From: Octopus sinensis
Lineage: Eukaryota
Direction: 5' to 3'
Assembly (NCBI RefSeq): GCF_006345805.1
Contig: NC_043000.1
Span: 75,516,001-75,580,000, forward strand
Length of the DNA: 64,000 bases
This document shows, in pieces, positions 24,910 through 35,000 of the stretch. The notes under the pieces were generated by a model. The model was given only the letters and a program-made list of their open reading frames with translations. It ran no database searches and was not told the origin of the DNA. Position 1 is the first letter of the stretch; each line of letters opens with the position of its first letter. The translations under genes and the position numbers were made by a program.

Positions 24910-25680
24910 CCATGCTGGGACCCAACAGATCCAAAGACTGCATTGTACTCCAGTGTCTGCTTTTGCATGGTTTCTATAGCTGGATGCCCTTCCAAATGCT
25001 AACCATTTTATAGAGTGTACTGGGCACTTTTTTTTTCATGACACCAGCTCTAGTAAAGTTGACATTGCAGCTTGCAACTGAGTGGTGCTATAGTTGAGAA
25101 GAAGGAAGCACTATGCTAGGAAATGAGAGAAAGGGTCAGAATAGAATAGATCTTTTGCTATAGGGGTGTTATATGGCTATCTACATTATAAAGCAGAGGA
25201 TAGGAGTGACCAGTGTAGAGCTGGGAAAAGATAAAAGTGATGAAGTTTCAAAGTGAACCCTCAATGTATGAGGCAAGTAGAAGTGGGGACAGGAGAACGG
25301 GGAAGGCAGATGGGTAGACAACATAAGGGTGTATGACAGAATGAGAGATGAAAAATGAGTTAGGGGCAAATATCATGAAGAGCAATGTTGGTGGGTGCAT
25401 AGGGAATGTATTGGAAAGTGACAACTTTAGAAATTAGTAGGGTTAAGGAGTGGATGATGGATAAGAGATGAGTGATGAATGATACATGAGTAGGGGGAAG
25501 GTGGAGAAAAAAGAGGGGTGAAGAGTTACAGTATTGTAATAATTGTACAGTAGACAAGTGAAGGATGATGGAGAGAGGGAGAGATGACACATGGTTGAGG
25601 GTGATCAAAAGTATGGGTGGAGAGAACAGTATTAAGAATGAAGGATAAATAACAAATGGAAATGGTTCCAGGTAACAAGT
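24910..25680 (-). mobile_element. Non-autonomous element carrying an RTE-type 3' tail
   Basis: Minus strand aagggcatccagctatagaaaccatgcaaaagcagacactggag matches the RTE tail at about 23510. The pyrimidine-rich body is similar to 56560-57175. Confidence 0.5.
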
Positions 25681-25770
25681 ATGGTAATTGGTATCAAATA
25701 AAATCTAGTGAAATATGCAGTTCTACTCATATTTAATTATAGCAGCAAAATATTGCAGTTAGAGAGATGA

Positions 25771-25980
25771 TTCTTTCTACAATAGACACAAGGTCTGAAA
25801 TTTTCGGGGAGGGGATTAGTTGATTACATCGACCCAAGTGTTTCACTAGTACTTAATTTATTGATCCCGAAAGAATGAAAGGCAAAGCTGACCTCGGTGG
25901 AATTTGAACTCAGAACATAGTGGCAGACAAATACCGCTAAGCATTTCACCCGACATGCTAACGATTCTGCCAGCTTGCCG
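25771..25980 (-). mobile_element. tRNA-derived SINE (second family)
   Basis: Minus strand ctggcagaatcgttagc...gagttcaaattcc (B box)...gcctttcattctttcggg...tgtagaaagaa. A degenerate relative lies at about 56100-56225. Confidence 0.7.
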
Positions 25981-26169
25981 ACTTTTCTACTAGCTCACTG
26001 CCTTTAAAGAGATAATGGATGATGGGAATCACAAAAGTGGGCAGGTGGCCCACCTTCATATATACACACATTGTGATCTCATTATCTTAGTTTCAATGAT
26101 TTGGGTGGATCTTCTTGAGATGTGCATATTACTAGTCATCTTGGCTGCTTCTCATTTCGAAGATCAGCC

Positions 26170-27527
26170 TTCAGCACTTTGTTCCATGTTTTCCTAGGTC
26201 TTCCTCTTCTGCAAAGTTCCATCCACCTTTAGTAATCAGCTTCTATCATCCATATACATCACATATCCATACCGTCTTTCTTGCATAGTACATCTGCCCA
26301 GTTTTTCTCTCAGCACATTTGTACTTTGTTACTCATACACACTTACATTGACCATCCAACAGAGTATGCTAGCGTAATTTTTACCCAGTCTTCTTAAGTC
26401 CTTTGCATTCAAGGTTCATGTTTTACCACCATGCAGCATCACAGTTCTAACATAAGTGTCATACAATTTGCTGAGAGGAAAGTGCTTTGTTGCTAGCAGT
26501 GGCAGAAGCTCCCTGAACCTTTTCCAACCTCTTCTTACTTGGCTTCTAAACTTTTGGAGTGACCACCTTCTATATTAATTACATTTCCTAGGTGATAAAA
26601 ACTATTGGCTACTTCTAGCAGGTCATTCAAAGAATCTATTCCTGGTTTGTTTATTGGACATACTGATTGAGTACATCTATAACATATGAAGCTTTTCTGT
26701 TAGTCTATCTGTAATTCCATAACATCTTATGTGTCCATAGTTTACATTAAGAACGGCATATGAAAATTACACCTACTTTCTTACATACTGAACCAGGTCA
26801 TTTCTCTGAAGAGTCCTGTTTTCTTTCCTTCTCATTAAAATCTTAGTCTTTGCTTAGGTTTACTTTGAGGCCTCTCAACTCTAGGTTTGGAATTTCCTGA
26901 TTCTACTCTAGATTCAGCTATGAGAATTAGATCATCAGTGGATAGGAGTTCCATGGACAGCTAATCTTAAACTATAGCCTGCAGGACTATGATGAATAGT
27001 AGAGGATTGGAGATTGAAACTTGATAGACTCCTAGCTTCATTACTGAAATAATTTTTGACTCTTACTTCATTTACTGCATCTTTGTACATATCTTGTACA
27101 GCCCTCACAAGCCATTTATCCACATGTAATTACCATAATAACTACTGAATTATTGTGGTACCCAGTCATATGCCTTCTCCAAGTCAACAAATACCAGGCA
27201 TAGTGGTTTGCTCTATTTCTCTTGCAGTTACCTCACTAAGAAAATTGCATTTATGGTACCTCTTCCAAGCAGGAAACCAAACTGCATCTCATTTAAGTCT
27301 ATTTTGTCATTGATCAGATATGCCATAACTTTCTCCATGACCTTCATAACTTGATCCAGTAGTTTGATTCCTTAATAGCTTCCTTTCTCTAAGGCATCTC
27401 CTTTGCCTTCATAACAGTTTACAATGGTACTATTATGCCAGTTATTGGGTACAATACTTTCCTGTATAACTTCATTTATTCTAATCCTTTATTCTGCCTC
27501 ACTAGATATTTTTAACATCTCTGCAGC
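26170..27527 (-). mobile_element. Old, highly degenerate RTE LINE (RT to C-terminus)
   Basis: ORF 26935-27123 MDKWLVRAVQDMYKDAVNEVRV; recognisable nucleotide similarity to the other RTE copies. Confidence 0.75.
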
Positions 27528-27530
27528 TTT

Positions 27531-28436
27531 CGTTGGTACTCAAGTTTCAAGCATGATGCTAGTCGTGAGCCATTTTGAATTTGAATGACAAGTTGATTGT
27601 TATTACCATAAGGTGGGCTGCTATTGGTTGAGAAAGGTTACATGGTGTCGTGGTTTGATGTTGGTATATAGGTAACAGCTAGTTGGAAAATACGGCATTG
27701 TAAACAGGAAGTTGACAATGTGAAGAACAGGAAATAGACCACATGGTTGATGGGGGGAGTAGGAAGGGGTGGCATGTGCAAGTATATAGTTCTATATGTG
27801 GGTGTGTAGACACAATCATGGTATTGTGTGCATGTTTGTATTGATGTAAACCTCTGACTGCCGACAACCCAGATATACCATCTTAGCACCACTACCAACC
27901 AACCCCATGAGCAGGACTGCCACTTACCAACGCTCAATGCATACTAATCCCCAATACTTATCAATTCCCAATGCTTACCAATCCCCAACGCTTGTTTTGT
28001 GCATATACTCATGTATGCATGCAAATGCACATGTGCATACTGGTGTGCATATGTGTATGCACGTTCGTCCAAGTGTGTGCAGACATGTGCACCCATGAAC
28101 AGATGCACATGGTTACATCAATACACACATGTACACAAAACCATATGAGCATGTCTACACAACCATATATAGAACTATAGACTTGCACATGCTTCCCCTT
28201 CCTATTTCCCCACCAACAACCTGACTGATTTCCTAATTGCCATGTGGTCAATTTCCTGTTCACTATGTGGTACTTTCCAACTAACTGTTACTCATATACC
28301 AACATGAAACCACGACACTGTGTGACCTTCCTCAACCAACAGCAGCCTACCTTATGGCAATAACAATCAACTTCTGTCATTCAAATTCAAAATGGCTGAT
28401 GACTAGCATCACACTTGAAACACAAGAGTACCAACA
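27531..28436. repeat. Long inverted repeat, foldback/MITE-like (arms about 320 bp, spacer about 260 bp)
   Basis: 27531-27852 is the reverse complement of 28111-28436, e.g. gccattttgaatttgaatgac / gtcattcaaattcaaaatggc. Confidence 0.85.
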
Positions 28437-29009
28437 AATTTGAATCAAACTGTTTTGATCCATGTATGTAACTCCCAATAAATTTGTTGAGTGCCCTTTT
28501 ATTGTTTGTTCACTCACTTGCATATTTGAAGGTATTTCATATATATATATATATGAAATACCATCAAATATTTATTTATAAACAAAAATGCCGTTTGACA
28601 TCTTAATGTTATATTAATTTTGCATTTGAGGATGTAGAATTGTAATAAAATTAGAAAATAATTTGATATGATTCCTTAATAAAGCCTTTTATTTTAAGAA
28701 ACTAATTTGTCATAATAGAAAATGCTGTTTTCTACTGGCAGTGGTTGACGTGTTGACTGCAACATTACATATAACAGCATATAAGTCAACCAACTTCAGA
28801 AACAAGGCATCAGTCAAAACTGAAGCAGTTTGATGAATGGACATCTTATTACAATGTTTATGGATTGACATATGAATATGAAATTAATGATAAACTCTTA
28901 TCTTAAAGGATGACAGAAAAGCTGAAGTGTTGCAGTATATGCTATTATACACATTGGTAGGTATTCACAATTCAGTCTCTGAGTAGTTACAATATTGTTT
29001 TACTTTGAC

Positions 29010-32000
29010 TCAAGTAGCTGTTTGGATGAGGTGTAATCTCTCATGACGATTCTTGTTACTATTCTGAGAGAATGCTTTGTCACAGAACTTACATTTATAA
29101 GGTGTTTCCCCTGTATGAGTCCTCATGTGAACATCTAAGTGAGCAGATTGTTTGAAGCTACGTTCACAGTAGCTACATTTATATGGAGTTTCCCCTGTGT
29201 GTACTCGTCTGTGTGTAAGCAGTGAAGAAAAACTCTTGCAATCTTTGTTACAGTATTCGCATACATGTTTTTGCAAACCATTGTCAAAGTTAGCAGAGAC
29301 AGACTTCTGGCTGCCTATTATTTTTGAATTGCAATCATCAATGTCTTGGTTACTAGCTGATGTTATATGCTCAGAGAATTTGTGTTCTACTAGAGCATCA
29401 TTTGTTTGAAATATTTTGTCACACATTTCACACTGGTGGCAAGAAATATTTTCACCAAAGTTATCATATGTCATACTTTGGTCGTCAAGTCTATTTTGAT
29501 TAAAAACTTCTGGCTTTAACTCTTGTTCATTGGCAAGAAATCCTTTGACTTCCATAATACATCTTTTCTTTGTGTCACTCAGTCTCTTAGATTTTCCATG
29601 TGGGACTTGGTTTTGGTTAGATTCAGCATTTTCACCTTGATGGTGCCTTTTATTTGAATTTTGATTCAAATCTAAAAGTGTAGTCCCAAGATCATAGCTT
29701 GTATCTTGATGTGTTTGGGTGTGTTCATTTAGGTCATTTTCTGTAGAAAACATAGCAAAACAAATGTCACAGCAGTAACTTTGACATGGTTTTTCAGAAG
29801 TAGTTACTGCTGAATTAACAGAATTTTTAGAAAATATTTGACTACTACTGAGTTCAAGTTGTGCTGCAGTTTCACTGCTCAGGTGAACTTTCTCATGCCT
29901 ATTCTTGTTACTGTTCTGTGTGAATGATTTGTCACAAAACTGGCATTTAAAAGGAGTTTCTCCAGTGTGTGTTCTTAAATGGACATCAAGGTGTGCAATC
30001 TGTTTAAATTGTCGTTTACAATAAGGACACTTAAATGGTGTCTCCCCAGTGTGTACACGTCGATGAATAAGCAAAGATGATAAACTTTTGAATGTCTTGT
30101 TGCAGAACTCACACACACTCAGTCCACTGTTATTTCCATTCTGTTCTGAAAACCCAGAAACTTCAGTTTCTCGTGAAAGGTCTTGATCAAGTAGAGTTGT
30201 GGTAAATATTTCGTCATCATTACAGGAGTTCTCAAAACTTTTAGAGTCATGTTCTTCATATCTTTCCTTATTGCCAGAGTCAAAAGTAGAGGAGCAAGAG
30301 TGAGAATAGAAATCTTCTTTATTATAAAATTCTTTTTTACACTGCTCACATAAATAGCAGACTTCTCTAATATGGTCAACAGGAACATCGTCAGTAGAGG
30401 TGTATGAACTTGCTTCCTGATCACATGGTGTCTCGGAGATATGCTGAAATACATGTTCAGTGTATTGTGTTTTATCTGTAAAATTTTGCTGGCAAATCTC
30501 ACATAAATAAAATGCCTTTTCAGTAACAGATGTTGCATCTTTCTCTGAAGTGGTGTTTAAAGTGTGTGACTGCTTATGTCTTTCAAAATATCCTTTGTTA
30601 ATGTAGTTTTTACCACATATATTGCACGAGTAAGGTATGCTTGAAAGCACATTATCAGTGTTGCCTCCTGCTTCTTCAAGTGAAATTACCTTAGAACATT
30701 TATGCTTGCTTAAAGCACTGGCATTAGCAAACCGACCATCACAGATGGTACACAGGTGAACTGTTTTAGCAGCAGCTTTAGCTCTAGCTTTCATCCTCTT
30801 TTTCCAAGCCACATGAATACGATGATGACGATCACAATTACTTTTCTGACTGAAAGATCGTCGACAGTAGTTACATTTGAATGGAGTTTCCCCTGTGTGT
30901 ATTCTAGAATGAGTTTCTAAGTGAGCAACTTGCTTGAAGCTTTTCAAGCAGTATGTACATTGGTAAGGTTTCTCTCCTGTGTGTACTCGCCGATGTATGA
31001 TAAGTGCAGATTTACTACGAAACTGTCGTGAGCAGAAATCACATCTAAAGTGTGAATTTCTTAAGTAGTACTTAGAGTCTTTAGGGAAGGACAAGTTCAC
31101 TTCACTTTGGGAGCCTTCCTTGTCAGCTGGTTGTTTGTTGTTAGTATTCACAGGTAGCTTCTTATCGTCACCAGCATCTATTTCCTCTTTTAAAACACTC
31201 ATTTGCTGAGAGTCTCCCATGTAAATGGAACCAGTCAAGTCACTATTATTGACTTCTATTTTAGGCTCATTTGGGGGATGATACTCTAGAGGAATGATGT
31301 TAAGAACAGATGATTTCCTTTCCTTTTCAAAAAGTTGGTTATAATATAAAGGCTTTTTATCTTTCCATTGCTGTTCACTATTAGTCATAAGCTCATGGTC
31401 ATCTGAAGAATCTCTGTTTCTAGAATCAGAGTTTGGTTCAAGTGACACATTATTTTCAGATGGAGTAATATTGTCCACAACAGCTGAACTATCCACTGTG
31501 GTAATATCAGCTAGATGCATACGTTGATGACGAATTCGGTTACTGTTTTGTGTAAATTTTTTGTCACAAAATTGACAGTGATAAGGAGTTTCTCCTGTAT
31601 GCGTTCGCAAATGGACATTGAGATGAATATTCTGTTTAAATCTCCGATTGCAGAGGTGGCATTTGTAGGGAGATTCCCCAGTGTGAATTCTACGATGAAC
31701 ATGCAGTGCAGAGCTACTGTTGAATCCTTTCTCACAAAATTCACATATATGTTGGTCAAGAAGCAGGTTTCCATCCCCCCGATTACATAGTGTAGATAAT
31801 AGCTCTGCACCAGTCACAACTTCATAATTTTCTTTAGCTTCCTCATGAACAGATATCCTGTGTTGATGTAGTTTTTCTTCATTAGTAAACTCTATGTTAC
31901 ATTGATGACAAAAGTATCCTGTTCGATCTGCATCAGGCAAGCAAGTTGATGTTGTTTCCATAGCAGTATCAATACCACAAGGATTTTCTGTGTCTTTAGA

Positions 32001-35000
32001 ACTGTCTTTTGTAATAAAAGTTTTTTTTAGTTGATGTAAAGGGTTTTCATAATCTTCAAGAAGAATTTCTTTTTTTATCAAATTTTCAAAATCTAATATT
32101 TGTGAATTCTTCTTATACTTAAAGTGAGTTTGTTTTGAACTGTCTTTTTGCTCTTCATCATTGTCTTCCCTCTCTGCAACATTGTCACTGTCTTCCCCAT
32201 TCTCCAGATGACCACTACAGTCAGGTTGAGGAGTAGCAAGACCTTCATCTTCAGAACAATTCCCAAATTCTTCAACAGTCATATGCAAAGAAGGTTCTTC
32301 AAGGTTTATTGAAAGTGCTCTTGGTTTATTTTGCTTAGTAACATGATCAGTAAATTCTTTTTGCTCTGAATGTGTAGCCATGTGACAATTAAGATGTATG
32401 GCAAGAGTAAATTCTTCACCACAAATGTTGCATGGAAACAGATCTACTGTTGCATCATGTTGCTTAGCTTTTGATGGTTCAACATTATTTTTTAATGTAA
32501 AATGTGAAGATCCATCTTCAGACATGACAGTAGTAATTAGGCCAATATCATCTGTTGCTACAGGAACCAGTCTTGAAGAACCTTTACACAACTTCTGATG
32601 TTTATTTAAAACAGACTCAGTTCTGAATTTAATTCCACAAAAATGACAACTGAAAAATATTTCACTTGGTTGACTTACATTTTTATCTGAGTAACTAGAC
32701 TTGTCTGCTTCTTTAAGACTGTAGTTATTGTCTGAAGATAAACTTGGTATGTGCTGCAAGTCATCATTAGGGAAAGAATCTGTTTCTAATACTAGACTTA
32801 CAGAACAATTTGGTACATCTACATCATTATGTGCAAGTTTATCATTAGCTGCGAAACAAATTGTTTGGTGATCAGTGAGGTCCAAACCATTTTCAAACAG
32901 TGCTCCACATACTGGACAAGTAAAACATAATGCACCATTTTGCTCAGCTGATGAACCAGTTGCCCCATTGCTGTCATTCTGGAGCTCAGCCCTTGGAGAA
33001 TTTTCATTGGATTGTGTAGTAGTATTGTTGTCTAACTGATGAGTTTTTTCATGCCGAAGTCTGTTGTTGTTCTGAGAAAAACTTCTGTCACAATACTGGC
33101 ACTTGTATGGTGTCTCACCCGTATGTATTCTCATATGAACATCTCTGTGTGCTGCTTGTTTAAAGCTTTTTTGACAAAAACTACACTTGTAAGGAGTCTC
33201 TCCTGTATGTACACGTCGATGTGTAATGAGAGCTGAAGTACTATTGAATGTCTTCTGGCAAAACTCACAACTCTTCTCAGATGGGCCTTGACCAGCAGAA
33301 TCTTTCAATAAATTCATGCTGGACTGACAGTGGGTAGAATTTCTATTGCTAAACATTGTTGAAGGCTGGTCCATATGATGAGACACTTGGTGTACATTAA
33401 GTTCATCTTTATTCACAAACTGTACACTACATAACTCACATTCATTATTCCCAATAACTTTCAGACTATTCTGGCAGTTTTTCACAAAGTAACCACCATT
33501 ATTTTCACAATCTGATACACTACACCCATTTAAAGGGGTCTTGTCACAATTACTTCCCATCTGTAGGTTACACTCACCAGCATTTACTGAATGTGGATTA
33601 CACTGTTTACATTTATTATTAGATCCAGTCAAACCTCTCTCACAACAGTTCCAATCTTCAGGAGTTCCATTTTCAGAATAGAAACTCTGTGAAACAGACT
33701 GCAATTTTCGTTTTTTCTTATATTCTTCTGGTTGTCCATCTTGTAAGCAAGGAGTGTTGTGGCAGTTAAGATGATCTAAAAACTCTTCATAGTTGCTGAA
33801 CTTTGAAATACAAAATTCACAATTGTATATATGATCTCCAGCCTGGTGGCTAGCTGACTGCTCATAACTACCATCTAAATTTTGTGGTTGCAGGTGAATC
33901 TTCTGGTGTCTTATTCGGTTGCAGTTTTGACTGAACTTCTTACTACAAAATGCACATTTATAAGGTGTCTCCCCAGTGTGTATACGTAAATGTACATCAA
34001 GGTGAGCAACTTGCCTAAAACCACGATGACAGTATTCACATTGGAATGGCATTTCTCCTGTGTGTATTCGTCGATGGATCACCAAGGCAGAGTGGTTACG
34101 GAAATCTTTCTTACAAAATTCACATATGTTTGAATTGGTGGAAACCAAAGGAGAATCTGATTTATTCATTTGGTCAGCCACTGCAGCACATGTATTTGAT
34201 GGAGTTAAAGCTGCAGTCATATCCTGATTACACTTTACTGAATGATTAGTTGAAACAGTGTGACACAATTTATGTTTAATCAAGTCTTGCCGGGAATTAA
34301 AATGGAAGTTACATGTTTTACAACTGAAAAGTTTGTTGTTAATACCTGCCAAATCTTCTTTATTACTTGAAGTTATGTTGGTGCTTCCTGTTATTAAATG
34401 TCCTTTGTTGCTGGGACTAGATGTGAAGGAGTTATCTCTTTCTTCAAAATCACCATTCTCAAGTTGATGACAAGATCTAGGTTGATTAAAATTATTCCTG
34501 GCAATAACCTCTTGTGAATGTTTGACCTGTTGATGATAATGGAGGCTCGCAATGTCAGGAAAAAACTTCCCACAAAGCTCACATTTGAAAACACCTCTGT
34601 CAGAGAAGTTGCTATTATTATGAATAAATTCATCAGAAGCTGATTGAGATTTTCTCATCATCTCTATACAGTTATTATGAGAGTTTTGGTGATCCATAAA
34701 ACTTGTATAATTAGTAAACTTTGAATTACAGATCTGACAGTCATGAGTTCCAAGTCTTTCAACAGGGGTATAGCTCATATCACTGGAAACAAAATTTGTT
34801 GAAATACTATGCTCACTGGTTTTTAAGCTTGCTGCTTCAATCCAATTATTTGTTTTGGATTCTTTGTTTTGAGAATTTTCTATGTAACCAGCTTCATAAA
34901 GCAATTCCCCAGATTGTGACCTTGACTGAACTTCAATGTTGCAATTGTTTGGTTGGAAACTTTTGGAACTTTCATTTCCTAAATGGCCTAATGTACTCAT

